Of a stretch of 64,000 nucleotides of DNA, positions 13,851 through 26,699 are shown piece after piece. Position 1 is the first letter of the stretch, and each line of letters starts with the position of its first letter. Under the pieces are notes generated by a model. That model had not been told where the DNA came from. It ran no database searches and saw nothing but the letters and a program-made list of their open reading frames with translations. The position numbers were made by a program, and so were the translations under genes. Origin of the DNA: Octopus vulgaris (Eukaryota); contig OX597825.1 in assembly GCA_951406725.2 (NCBI GenBank), positions 27,032,001-27,096,000 on the forward strand, given 5' to 3'.

Positions 13851-13950
13851 ACAAAAATACCCTGTTGTTGATGTATTCCCAAAGGAGCCTTTGATCTAGG
13901 TTACAAACCGACTCTCTGTTAGCAAGAAATCTAGAAATAAAACTGAATAA
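13851..13950 (+). repeat. Short dispersed repeat, probable LINE 3' terminus; second copy at 59485-59593
   Basis: Both copies share ACAAAAATACCCTGTTGTTGATGT...TTAGCAAGA(A/T)ATCT...AAACTGAATAA and sit among CATA repeats. Confidence 0.7.
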
Positions 13951-15372
13951 CAGCATACATAGATACATAAATACATACAAGAAAAAAAAAAAGAGATTAC
14001 AGGAGAATAAACGATGGATTTCATTACTTTCTTCTATATGATGAGGTAGAATCATACTCGAGTGCCTGAGCAGGACAGTATACCTCCGTCAGAACCTCAG
14101 ACTTGAGGGGCAATCTGCTTCCCCAGTGTATATTGAGTTACGCACCAGATTATTGGCATCACAGTGCCTAAGGGAAATATTAAATGACACACACTCACAT
14201 ATATGTAATAGAGAGGGAGAGAGAGAGAGAGGGGGGCATGTGGGAGAAACGTAATTTTTTTGTCCTAAATTAATGTTATGAGTGTGAGAATGACAATTCT
14301 ATTATTTTGATAGATGTAAATAAGTGGTGAAATAATTACTGGTTCTAGATGTATTCAAAATATTTTGCTCTGCAAAGCTAAATGTTTTTGACTCGCATTA
14401 CTTCAGGAAATAGTGTTACGTGTATCTATTACATCCACACTGTCATCCCTGGGTAAATGTAATGGCCCAGAACTCATTATGGATGGAATTCGTAAGAAAG
14501 AAGCTTTAAACTTCGATCTGAAATTTTACGATGGATTGATGAGTAGACAGTTTTACTTTATTTTTGACCAATGGAATGTCTAAAATCTATGAGAAAGTAG
14601 GGAATGAGTGTTTGCGTGAAGGTAAAAGCGTGAGAGGAACTGTAGAATACTGAGATGAATGCAAATGTTCTTAGTTATCGTAACATCATTTTTATTCAGT
14701 CCAGCGCCCGTTGAGTCAAGAATATGTATTTTCATATACGTTTCGTTCAAGTTTTGACTTAACTAGTCCGTCTTTTCGTATAGTTATATATTTTTGAATA
14801 TATTCGTTTTTCGAGGCTATTCTCATGTTATTTGAGAGAATTTTAAATTTACTTGCGTTTGAAAAGTTACCTCGCTGTATTTATCCATACAATTTATGTA
14901 TACGTACAGAGTTGAAAGCCTACCGAGAACAACGTTGACTTTCATCTTTCAGGGTTCGATAGAATAAAGTTCTAGGCAGGTACTGATATCTACTATCACC
15001 TATTAGTAGTAATAGTATTAGTAATAGTTTTAGTAGTAATAGCATTAGTAGTAATGGTGGTATTAGATGAAAATATTACGAGGAGACAGTTGTGGAAAAA
15101 GAGGAAAAGGGGAAATGAAGAATCATGACAATGCTCCTTATTTTACGATCTTTCTGAGATTAATGATCAGTACAGCAGGAGCCAAGTTTATGCAGATTTA
15201 TCACGAACCAATTTACACTGTATCGATGTTTTATAGCAGCAAAGTAAACCTAATCTTATTGATTTTGATTTACAGCTGCTGGTTTCTATCCCTTTTGTCT
15301 CAATAATTTACCTTCTTTCCCGCAGTACTTCCATTTTCCAAGGTAAATAAAGAAAAGGTGCTTAATAATTAC

Positions 15373-15453
15373 CTCATACTTGATTCTTTCATCACAGCCT
15401 GAGACCGAGCGCATTGTACGCTCTCGTGTATTTCGTAAAGTTTTCGTTAACCT
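15373..15453 (-). pseudogene. Exon-like block, 81 nt, phase 0-0, open: RLTKTLRNTRERTMRSVSGCDERIKYE
   Basis: Acceptor actttAG and donor GAG|GTAATT. Confidence 0.3.
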
Positions 15454-16904
15454 CTAAAGTTTTCATTAAACTAATGTTCAGGACTATGATTAAAGATCAG
15501 TAATCACCGTATGTACATATACGGTGGGGGAAAATCCTGGTGGTTTTACGCGAATGAGGATGATTTAAATAATAGTTATTGCATATATAACTTTTTGTAA
15601 CATCACATATTTATTAAATATTTATTTCCATCAGTTCGTCGCAGCTCATCGATTTTGCATGTCAATATAGCGACGCAAAAGCGAATCACTTTCCTATTCA
15701 TAACAACAATGACTTTTATGAACGACCCATTGATTGATGTCATAACGAAACTTAATGAAGATCTACTTCAACTTTGTTTTCATATATGCTACATTTAATT
15801 TAAAACTTTGGTCATGATATAGGAATCATAAATAAAAACAATATCTATATTCGTTCGAATGCTTATTTAGTTCTTAGAGTTCGATTACTGTGTATCGGTT
15901 TAGTGAGTCTAATATTTGAATTTGAAATCATAAGCAGTGTAGTGAATAAATATCAAATACAAAGTATATTGGAAAATAGTAATAATTGACAGAACTATCG
16001 AACATTTCCCCCTTCAATAAATAGAAGTAACACACGCAAAATTGAAGGCGGAGCTTTTAGGACCCTACTGCTACGTTCCTGTTATGAACTATTTTGAATT
16101 ACACATCTCGCTTTCTTTTATTGAAATTAAGACCATCAAAATGTAATATGGGTGATATTCGCTTATACGATATAGATCAAGTGTAAAATTACAACTTTTC
16201 TACACCTCCAAGTCAAAATCGAAGGATAAACACATGGCAAACTATTTTCTGAAGTATTATAGTGCTATATTTTTGCAGTACGTGTACAAGAATTTCTGAA
16301 TTATAATTACTATGTTTCATATGAATATCTTAAGGGATATTCTACATAATGGGTTGATTTATCAACAGAGACAGATATGATATAGAGGGATATTTCTTTC
16401 CGTTAATAAATGATATCAAACAAGGAATCACTCTTAACGACCATACATTTCCAACGTTGTCGCGTTATAATATTCCATATGAAGGAAACATCTTAATTTC
16501 AAGCGATGTGTGATATTTGCATCGATGAAATTTCGTGACAGAACTCATCTAAATGTGCTTTATAAATATGAGCATATCTTCCATTGGCTCCAAGAACATT
16601 TGAAGATTTATGTTCTCACTAGGAATCTTGCTGCTATTTTATTCAATAAGTTTTATCTCAATACGTATTATATGAACTTTGCAACTGTTTTGCCCTCTTT
16701 CTCCGAACACTTAAAGTCTTACATTATTGATGTAGACTTTCACCATAAATGAAATAACGTATTATATATTATATTCTGAGCTGCAAAACATAGAAATTGA
16801 AGTATAGTATGTAGTTAACTCAGTTATCAGTTTGTCTATAAATACATCCATACATATATGTGTTTATGTTTGCGTATGTTTATACGTTCTAGCTTTTATA
16901 CACA

Positions 16905-16991
<87 letters not shown>

Positions 16992-17294
16992 CAATTAAGG
17001 GTAAAACTAATTAATTACGAAGTAATCAATAAATTTCACCAAGTAGAATTCGGTATGAAAATAGGACCGTTACACGGTAAATTCTAGTAATACTAATATT
17101 GAGATTTTGGCTGCTATTTCTGAACTTCGGTATGTGGTGATGCATTTCTTTTGCTAACCCCTCAATATTAGTATATATATATATATATATATAAATATAT
17201 ATACATATATATATAAACACACGTACATACACACACAAACAAGCAATCATACACTCTCACACACACGCACACACACAAGCACACATACACACAT

Positions 17295-17372
<78 letters not shown>

Positions 17373-17925
17373 GTGTGTACATGTGTTTGTGCAAAGAAAT
17401 GATAAAGACGATTTCATATCATTTGTTCCATATGTTTCAACAATTATTTTTTATTCGCGACCCCTGCCGGTGAAGACTGAAACACAACAGAACACAATGC
17501 ATATAAAAACGTTAAAAGGTACATTTTAATGTCTCTATATTTAATGTCTGTTTGTATAATTGGTCGTGGATATTTATTTTCAATAATTAATTTTAAAACA
17601 TTCAAATTTTAGGACATCACCTAAAATGCTGACACATGCAAATCACCGTCCTCCTCTTGCTCGTGTTTCTCTGCGATGTTTTTCTTCCTCACTCTTTCGA
17701 ATTTTCCTCTTTATCTCTCTATATCTACATGACTTTTTCTCCCTATACCTAACACATTATTTTTTTCCTTTGTTTCGATTTTTACTTTGTTTAATATTCT
17801 TTTTGTTTTATTTATTCATTCATTCTCTCGTCTTTTTATGTTTCTTCTTTCTTTATCTTTCTCTACCCCCTCTCTCTCTTTTGTTTCTGCCTTTATTTCT
17901 GTTTCCACTTTACTATCTACTTATT

Positions 17926-18063
17926 ACCCTCTCGATATACTTTTATAACTTTTGCCATCTCTCCAGCTTGACGCATTTCATATTTGTAAGTTAATAGAAT
18001 AATGTGTTCCCCTGATGATCTGCTGTTGTCAAGCATTCAATTGTGCATGGACGGGCAAGTAGG
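17926..18063 (-). pseudogene. Exon-like block starting like a C-type lectin domain: PTCPSMHN*MLDNSR, with TGA at 18037-18039 where Trp is expected; 3' boundary approximate
   Basis: Acceptor cctcatccAG in phase 0 after the VCK exon; resembles the CP..W start of long-form CTLDs. Confidence 0.35.
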
Positions 18064-18172
18064 CTGGATGAGGAATATTCTACGATGCGCTTTAAATTCA
18101 TCAGGAGAACTCGTACAGAAAACTGTACTATTAAATGCGAATTCCTCTCAGGTTGTCCTCTTAGTCACTTAC

Positions 18173-18280
18173 CTTACAGACTAAGCTCAATTGTGATCTA
18201 CATCACGTATTAACCCATAGATCAGCGGTCCACCGTCCTGCGAAACAATCTACGACGCGTGCAGAGATTAACCAGCGAAT
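18173..18280 (-). pseudogene. Exon-like block encoding a C-type lectin domain C-terminus: IRWLISARVVDCFAGRWTADLWVNT*CRSQLSLVCK; 5' boundary approximate
   Basis: W..C..W.xxx.C-x7-C spacing typical of the CTLD end (WND..C...fvCk), perfect donor AAG|GTAAGT, one TGA at 18203-18205. Confidence 0.5.
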
Positions 18281-18520
18281 GTGAAGAATGAATTATAAGA
18301 ATCGACGTGAAAATATAAAGTGAGCTAACACGATGGATATCGATTGCAGAAGTATGTGCAACATATTCCGGGCAATATTTAACACCTCATGGTAGTTTGA
18401 GGTAAGATCTCTGTCAGTAGCAAAATTAATATTCCTAAAATCAACTACCTCCAATCTAAATTCATGAAACGTGAGGTGATATTCAATTACCTCATATTGA
18501 GGCACGATTCTGAGATGAAC

Positions 18521-18576
<56 letters not shown>

Positions 18577-18677
18577 GTAAATGTAATATGTGACAATTAT
18601 TCGGTAGCCAAGATAAAACTCCGAGTTTCGGATGCAAAGTAATTGTCCCATATTACATTTAAAGATAATTTCCTCTA

Positions 18678-18725
<48 letters not shown>

Positions 18726-19069
18726 GAGTCATATTAATTCCTCATTAAATAACTTGAAATTAGAATTCGACAAAAGTAGTATTTGTTCCATTGATATGAA
18801 TTCACAATAAATTATACATATATATATATCAATATCAAAATTAAAATGTAACAAAACAAGATCGGAAATGGGGTAAAAACTATATGGCAGCAACAACGAG
18901 ATCAAAAGTCGGACGAAAGTGTTTAATTTCAGAATTTGGTGAGGGAAGTTCAAATGAAGCTCTGATGGAACTTGATGAGGTTGTGTTTACACAGGAAAAG
19001 TCACTCAATTTCTTGAAAATAATAAAGCTGCAAAGCATCGGATGATGAGTTGATAGTTCGACGTATTTT

Positions 19070-20377
19070 AGTTAGTTAGTTAGTTAGTTAATTTGGCTCA
19101 AAAGCAAATAGCAAGGCCATGTAGGGGGACATGGAGTTAAGTACAGGGTGGTGTTCATGTAAAGAGTTCAGGCCACTTGAGGTCCAGGGAGGCTTTGAAC
19201 AAAGCGGTCGTCGGCATCTTCACCATCTCGTCTGGCAGCTTGTTCCACGGATCCGCAACCCGGACGGAGAAAGCTCCTCTCCTTCGATTGAAATGAAATC
19301 GTCGCAGGTTCGGAATGACCCCGCAGCCGACGCTCCGGAGCAGGAGTGAAGAACAGCTCTTTCGAGAGGTTACACTTCCCGCTTATGATGTTGTGGGCGA
19401 GAATGAGATCACCACGGCGGCGGCGTTTTTCAAGAGAATAAAGGTCGAGCGTCCTCAGCCTTTCTTCGTAGGACAAATTTTTGAGACCATGAACCATGCG
19501 GGTAGCCAGCCTCTGGACTCTTTCGAGATGCTGTATGTCTTTGAGGAGATAAGGAGAAGAGGCTTGAATCCCATACTCCAATATGGGTCTCACCAGCGTG
19601 ACATAGAGTGGCAGGAATATGGCTGCTGTGAGCATTCCGAATGACCGTCGAATCAAAAACAGAATTCCGCGCGCTTTGTTGGCAGCATGGACGCACTGGG
19701 CCGAAGGCGAAAAGGATGAATCCACCAAGATACCCAGGTCCTTTACCTGATCGGTCCTCTCCAGCAGCAGACGACCCGGCTCGAAATCAAGTTGAGTTGC
19801 AGGAGTAGAGCCGACAGGCAGATGACAGCATTTTGACACGTTCAGACACAGGTCCCAATCGTTAGACCACTTCCAAATTTGGTGGAGGCATCGACGAAGA
19901 TCCTCTATACTACCGCGAGGAGCGACCAGTTTGATATCGTCGGCAAATAGAAGGGTGTGTTGCGTGAGGTCGTCGGGCAAGTCATTTATGAAGACTAAGA
20001 ACAACAAGGGCCCAAGCACTGAACCTTGAGGCACGCCACTGCTCGCACTGGAGACGTCGGACCGCGAACCATTAACTTGAACTTGGAATGAGCGATCTGA
20101 GAGGAAGGCACCAACCCATCGTACAATATCCGGATGGAAACTATATGCTTGAAGCTTGACAAGTAGTAGGCGGTGGTTTACCGAGTCAAAAGCTTTGGCA
20201 AAGTCCAATAAAACGATGTCAACAGCATCACTATCATCGAGGATGCGCGTCACCAATTCTTCCATTACTAGTAAGTTGGTCAAGCATGATCTCTTCGGCA
20301 CGAAGCCGTGTTGGGAATCAGTGATCGAGGCTGTGTTTAGGAGGTGGAGCATCATACTTTTCGCAAGTCGAATCATA
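19070..20377 (-). mobile_element. 5'-truncated CR1-group LINE, young copy
   Basis: RT ORF, short 3' UTR and (TAAC)n tail at about 19068-19091. Possible 6-bp TSD TATTTT (19064-19069, 20378-20383). Visibly more GC-rich than its flanks. Confidence 0.9.
19168..20376 (-). CDS. Reverse transcriptase of CR1-type ORF2; 5'-truncated, frameshift near 19311
   Basis: Motifs QHGFVPKRSCLTNLL, LDFAKAFDSVNH, SGVPQGSVLGPLLFLVFINDL, LFADDIKL, KDLGI, LERVQRLATR, RGH. After RGHSE the conserved tail LRRFHFNRRRGAFSVRVADPWNKLP continues in another frame. Confidence 0.85.
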   Translation of the reverse strand: MIRLAKSMMLHLLNTASITDSQHGFVPKRSCLTNLLVMEELVTRILDDSDAVDIVLLDFAKAFDSVNHRLLLVKLQAYSFHPDIVRWVGAFLSDRSFQVQVNGSRSDVSSASSGVPQGSVLGPLLFLVFINDLPDDLTQHTLLFADDIKLVAPRGSIEDLRRCLHQIWKWSNDWDLCLNVSKCCHLPVGSTPATQLDFEPGRLLLERTDQVKDLGILVDSSFSPSAQCVHAANKARGILFLIRRSFGMLTAAIFLPLYVTLVRPILEYGIQASSPYLLKDIQHLERVQRLATRMVHGLKNLSYEERLRTLDLYSLEKRRRRGDLILAHNIISGKCNLSKELFFTPAPERRLRGHSEPATISFQSKERSFLRPGCGSVEQAARRDGEDADDRFVQSLPGPQVA

Positions 20378-21401
20378 TATTTTGCAAATAAACATTTACT
20401 GAAGATAAACTATTTCTTCCTTTTCTTTTTTCATAAATACTTTAAACTTTCTCTTAGTGTCAGCTGAAATTCTCAACTCCTGTGATAGCAGGAGTATAGC
20501 TCTTTCTTGAGTGACATGTAAAATATATGTATATGTCTATTTATGTGTGCGAGTGTGTGTATGTTTACGTGCGTGTGTATGGGTCTGTGTATGTGTGTGT
20601 ATGCGTATGTGCCTGAATGTATATATGTGTACATGCAAAAACAATCAACTCTAATATGAAATCCCAGTTCACCCATATACTTCTGCAATATTCGTAAGCA
20701 CCGTGCACTTCGTAATTTTAAGACTAGGTTATACACTCTACACAGTTGCTCTACATTTCCTAACAGGAAATTTGTCCATCTTTGTCATTTAAATACTCTC
20801 TTTCAGACATTTCCTCTGTCATTCTCCGTATCTGGCATTTCATTTGAAAGTCAATATCTCAGAATTGCTGCTATATTCCACGCATATCACTCTAGCAATA
20901 TTCCTTCCAAGAGTTCTGCCATCCATCTACCTTACCATGGACAATATGCTCATAAATATCATCATCGTCTTTACTATTTTTAATATTTCATTTTGCATTA
21001 AATTCATCAGCATTCATTATAAATGCTGGAGGTGACGAAACCATTAAAGCAACAGGGAAATGTTTAGCGGCAGTTCTATCATTTGTTTACCATCTGACTA
21101 CAAATTTTGCCGCAGCCAACCTTAATTTTCCAATTTCCTGGTCAATAAAATAAAACAAAAATATAATATAACAACAATCCACCTGCACATAAAATTGCTG
21201 TTCATGTGCTAAAACTTGAAAATAAAATTATCATTGATAGTATTCGTGTCGACGATGTTGCCTTATTGATTTTTCACTGAGAAGGTTCTCTATACAAATT
21301 GATTTATAAAGATGTTAAATATTTGTTTGAAATATTGTACATATGAAGATAACCAATAAAAAATGGTGACCATCTACGTTAATCTATTCGAAATGTGCCT
21401 T

Positions 21402-21625
21402 TACAAAGGAGTGCTGAAACGTTTACGTTAAACGAAATACAGGAAGGTCAGATAATTATGATTTTATTCAACGTATTCCCCTCTAAGATTCACACATTTA
21501 TTGCATAGGTCTTCCTGTTTTTCTAAGGCCCTGGGAAAGAACTCGAAAGTTTCGGCCTCCAACCATTCCTTTCGCGATACCCTCATAGCCAGGAACTATG
21601 TTCGACAGCGGTGCTTCCGTAGTAT
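21402..21625 (-). mobile_element. Mariner-derived miniature remnant
   Basis: Minus-strand KEWLEAETFEFFPRALEKQEDLCNKCVNLRGEYVE* resembles the mariner transposase C-terminus (..KCI..GDYVE*). TA-started TIR-like TACAAAGGAGTGCTGAAAC at 21402. Confidence 0.65.
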
Positions 21626-21704
21626 TTAACCATACCTGCCTTTTGCGTTTTCTAGTTAGCAAAACTTATCATTATATATATATATAAATATATATGTATA
21701 TATT

Positions 21705-21840
21705 CGATAGATTTTTCAGTTTACCAAATCCAATCACAAGGCAGTGGTTGGGCTAAGGCTATAGTAAAAGATACTTGTCTAAGGTGACCCGCAGTGGGAC
21801 TGACCCCGGAACCATGTAGTTCAGGAGCAAACATCGTACA
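21705..21840 (-). mobile_element. SINE family A fragment
   Basis: CCAAATCCAATCACAAGGC...GGCTATAGTA...GCAGTGGGACTGACCCCGGAACCATG matches 166-258. Confidence 0.75.
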
Positions 21841-22398
21841 CACACACAGACAAACACACAGTAGGAAGTGACACAACAGGCATTCACTGGGCACAGACTT
21901 GGGCACAATTCAGACCAATATTTTCTATTGCTGGAAACCTTGTTCGAAACACGCACAGGAGACAGTTGCAGGCCGAAGACCATACTTGTGGTAGCATGAT
22001 TCAGCTCCTTGCCATACCTCCGGAAAAATTCAGAAATGTTTGCTTGGGAGTTTTTAATACTTGTCAAGTGTCCTATTTCTGGATTCCTTATTCTCATGCT
22101 GGTAATTCAAAGTATTACTGTCTGTAGGTTGCGGTTGAGAAAGATACCAACCGCCCTCCCAACAACACCAACATCTATCTGGAGGTCAATATCAAGGCGA
22201 TATTCGAAGATCTACCTTGGCATATTAAGGGGAATGTATGACCTAGGGTCTGGACGTAACCTTAGGTCGTGTTGGATGCTACTTTAACTAAACTGCTATT
22301 TCTCAGACATAATCCACTTGAAAAATTTGATTGTTGATGACCGAACACCCGATATGTGTGTGTCTGTGTGTGAGAAGATATATATATATATATGTGTA

Positions 22399-22507
<109 letters not shown>

Positions 22508-24579
22508 ATGAATATGTTTGTGTATTATAAGAGAGAATAAACTGAAATTTTAAAATTATTCCGTGCGGAGATGCAATAATAAACAGAAAACTTTATAAAT
22601 CATTATTTTCATTTGCAAATGTTATTCAATAATTCTTTCTTGACATTTTATTTCCTTCACCAAATTTATATTGCAATTTTCACCCAAAACGTAATTATTG
22701 ATTCCGGTAGATTTTGATTTGTCCTCCATTGCTGCTGTTACATAATTTGTGCTGTAGCAACATATTGTTATCAGGAAGCCATATTATTACAACCAGATGA
22801 ACTGCTGGTGGCTTTTAGAAGAAGGGCATAACACCATCGCACTAAAATGTATTTAAAACTCAAATGGCATTATTATTATTTTTTTTTTGCAGTTTTGATA
22901 TTCATTAAACTCGTAAGCGAAATTGCATGTAACTGGCCTGGGAAATTAAGCTTTAATGGACTGCGTAGCCAAACTGCTTTAGGTAATGCTACTCAACACA
23001 TGTATCAATATAAAATATAATTTACAACTAGAAACAAAGTTTAATATGGTTGATTAAATTGAAGTAATTTTTGCAGGAGTAGTGTGTCTCCTGCAATAAT
23101 GCATTAATGTGTTTTATCGTTTAGTACATCACGATATGTCACGCATATAACCACGAAAGTTGTCATTTGCAGTATGAAATATATGAAAAAAAAATCATGT
23201 TTCAGTATGAATTTATGTTATTAGCCATAGTCTACTCTTTTCCCTAGTTAGGTTATCCATCGTCACTCCGAGTCCTACATTGTCACTCGATACAGAAAAC
23301 CATATTTCTATTAAACAAAAATGAAACTTTCATTTGAAGATGCACAATTGTCAATGCAAAGTTTAAACGCTGTTTAATTATATCATATCTGATGTTAACC
23401 CGCTAATGGAAATAATTATTGAGATGATAGGTGTATGTCTAACTGCGAAGCATATTTTTGACAGAGTAGTGAAACCCATACTGGAATGAAACGAGTGATG
23501 AACACAATTACAAAACCATTTGCGACTTTGGAACATAACAGGGATAATGATGTAGAAGATTATGATTATAACTGTAATGACAATAATGATATTGACGGTG
23601 ATAATGTTCATAACCATGTCGATAATCTTGATAATGATCATACTAACAATGTTGACGGTGCTCGATATCAATTATTTTTAATGGGACGACTTCAAATGAA
23701 TAAATTTAAATTTTAGATTGGTTTGTGTAATTTCCCCTGGTATTAAATCAACTCAAATACAAAAGGATATGAATTATTTTATTGAAAATGTTTTGTAGTT
23801 TATTCTCTCCGACATTTTGACTAAAATATCAACAAACAATGAAAACGTGCAAAATGAAATCAAAGACAAAGAATTGAATGCAACACGTCAAATGAAATAT
23901 TTATATCTCAGATTAATAAATTCAGGACATGCAATTGTTATACCGGTAGGTTCTCTCAGAATCGTTTCAATTCTAATTAATACAAATTAACATCTGTGCC
24001 AATGTGATTATGTAACAGGCAACAAAATCGAATTTGAACTGTCTCTGGCTTATACAACTAAATTGCACACAAGCGTTTAAATCTAAATATTTAATGCATG
24101 TTGTTAAATGTTGCTGGTGTAGGACTCTTCTGAAGTGAGAAACCACTTGGAGAAATGGGGCTGTGCTTTCTCTGGTAAAGATTATTTGATAAGGCTGTGC
24201 TCTCAGCGGCGCGATTTATTTTTCTTTCATGAATGTATAGAATATCTTATTTCGTGCATGTGAAATAGACAAGATTTTACTTTCAGCTGAAATAGAGAAT
24301 GTAGTATGTATACGTTTATAAATGGGGAGAATTCACAATGAAACATTAGACGAATACACGTGGTGTAAACGACAAACATATGTATTAGTTTAACGCTCGG
24401 GAAGTTAAAAGTCTTTAACGTTTCAAGCCTACGCTCTTCCACAGAAAGAACACAGAAGAAACAGGGAGTGAAAATAAAGAAAATCGTGTGTCATCTGAGT
24501 AGATATCTACTTTTCATTTCTTCATGCTACATCTAATTAATTTTCTTATGTTCTCTTCTATACTGACTTACTCAAACAT

Positions 24580-26160
24580 TCATTTATCCATGAGTGTGAG
24601 ACTATGGCCTATAATCTATCCGTGCCTTCCTATTTTCTATCCATACTACTGCTAGACTTTTCTTTCTAGCTTTTACTCTATTTGGAACTGCTGCTTTGTC
24701 TATATATAGTAGATCATGCCTTCCACTAGTCTTATTCCAACAATCTTACTTTTACTTTTGCAGTAGATTATGGTTGTCTAGGTGCTCGTAAATGCTTGCT
24801 GAAAGCGTTCCTGTTAACAGCTTCTATAGTAATGGTAAGCAAGTGATTGCTACCTTGCTCTTGTCTTTGCCGATGAGTATTGTCCTCCCTTTAGTCATCC
24901 AATCTGGTATAATTCCTCCATTAAGGCAATCCTAAAGTTGTTACCTCAGCCTCCCATGTAAAGTACTTAATTTCTTTAGCCAGTACACTTGAAATAAATC
25001 TGGTCTTAGGCCATTCTAGTTTGGTACTTTTCCTAAAACTTCACCCATTAATGCACAAGTCACCCTTAGATCTGGGCGCATCTCACTCACTACTTCTTCC
25101 CTCACTTTCTTTAACCATTCTGCATCTCCATACTGATTGGATTATACCAAATATTGCTCCAGAACTTTTCAGCTTCTTCTGCACTAGGTTTCTCATCTTC
25201 AGAATATCGTGCTCAACTATATATTTGATTATACAATCTCCTCTGCTCAGTCTCATAAAATCTATTCTGTTGATACAGATCTATCCTTGTCCGGTATCTG
25301 GAGATCTTACCTGCTACTGCTATGATACGCTGTTTCAACGCTTCTATTATTGTCACAACTACTTTCTCTTTCACTATGTATCGTTTCATGGGGTAAGATT
25401 TACATTTTGTATTTACTAATTTGTTCGCTTTCCATTTTTCTACTCTACTCACATCTTGCCTTAAAGTCTTCACTTTATATGTAGACTTCTTTTATACATT
25501 TGCTATTTTTTTTAAATCTTCCCTGTGAGATATCTAAGCTTCGGGGGACTACTATTCATCCTGCATAGACCAATAACTTAGTGTCCCCTATATTTTTAGT
25601 ATCTATCCTACTGATAATAGAATCTACTTTCCTGGTAATTTCTAGCAACTTCCTTCTGTTGGTGTTATTTTATGCTGGCAGTATTTTTCTTACTTCTTTA
25701 CTCATTACTTACTTACTGCATTTCATCTAAATTCTTCTGATCTTCCTCACCTAAATCACTTAAGTAGCTGGTGACAGTTGTTCCTTCCTTATTGGTAGCG
25801 CTATTATTATTTTCCCCTATAGATTCTTCTCTGGTTTGAGCCGTATTTCTTAATATCGTCGTTTGTCTTTCCTACTGCCAGGTCTTTCTTTCTAGTTCTC
25901 GTGTTACGTCTTCTACCTCCAATTCTGTCACCCACTTTCTTGTAATAGTATTAGCTTGATCTACTAATCTCTGCTCAGTTAATTTAAACATACTCTTCTC
26001 TACCCAAAGTGTTAACATCCGTTTTCTGTAGCCCTTTCTATTACCTTCATTTTCTAAGTAGCACTGCATCACTATCCTGTTTTCTTCGCTGATCTGCTTC
26101 CTCCTCCTTGCTGTATTATATGCTGATGCTGTATTAGGATAACAGTTGGGGTTAGTCTGC
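24580..26160 (-). mobile_element. Degenerate R4/Dong-clade LINE, N-terminal region to RT start (family 1)
   Basis: Minus-strand fragments EENRIVMQCYL..GYRKRML.LW..TEQRLVDQ; GKISRYRTRIDLYQQNRFYETEQRRLY; IPDWMTKGRTILI; ITCLPLL*KLLTG; KKSLAVVWI..RKA. Many stops and frameshifts. Confidence 0.8.
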
Positions 26161-26699
26161 ATCTTTACTGAACTACTGCTAGTCCAGTTTTATTTTTGCT
26201 GTTACAACCAGAGTTTCTTCGGAATCTCTTGTCTATCAAAACTGAGGTAAGGTAACGTTTATCACCATTGTCATCACCACCATCGTTTTTCGATATCTAA
26301 AAGTTTCAAGCAATTTTCTATTGCATCATCTATGCTGGTGCAGTGGTGTGTGCTGCATTTTTCGTGGGGGATATTGTATCAGTATATTTTGTTATGGGGT
26401 TTGGTTTCAGTCTTCTGTTTTATTAGTTTTTTGTATTTTGCAATATTTTTACTGCACATGCTGTGCTTTTCTGTTGTGCCTTCTATGGCACATGTTGGTT
26501 TTGTTCATTTCGTTGGGTACTTACAGTATTAAGTTTCTTCTTGTATATTTTTTATTATTTGGTGAGGAGTGTTGCATAGTTTTGTAAGCCATAAATCAAC
26601 TATTTCATAGTATTTATGGTAACCAGCCGGGTGTTCTTTCTCTTTTGGTTGGTCTTGTTATGGGTACCCTTTTTTAGCATTTACCTTTTTAAATGAATA

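Noticed and set aside
15326-15342. Possible 17-nt plus-strand microexon (ttctttcccgcAG...AAG|GTAAAT)
   Set aside because: No partner exons found and not frame-preserving; such matches arise by chance.
19131-20467. Plus-strand ORFs overlapping the CR1 RT
   Set aside because: Antisense shadows of a GC-rich coding sequence.
21870-22310. Higher-complexity block with Cys-containing minus-strand frames, possibly a DNA-transposon remnant
   Set aside because: No convincing motif spacing; cannot classify by eye.
23378-23716. Asp/Asn-rich and Ile-rich ORFs
   Set aside because: Degenerate (GAT/AAT)n low-complexity sequence.
24405-24450. Hammerhead-like motif on the minus strand (CTGTGGAAGAGCGTAGGCTTGAAACG), and CTGATGA..GAAAC at about 56330
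   Set aside because: The catalytic core or stem II is incomplete; at most a decayed Penelope-type end.
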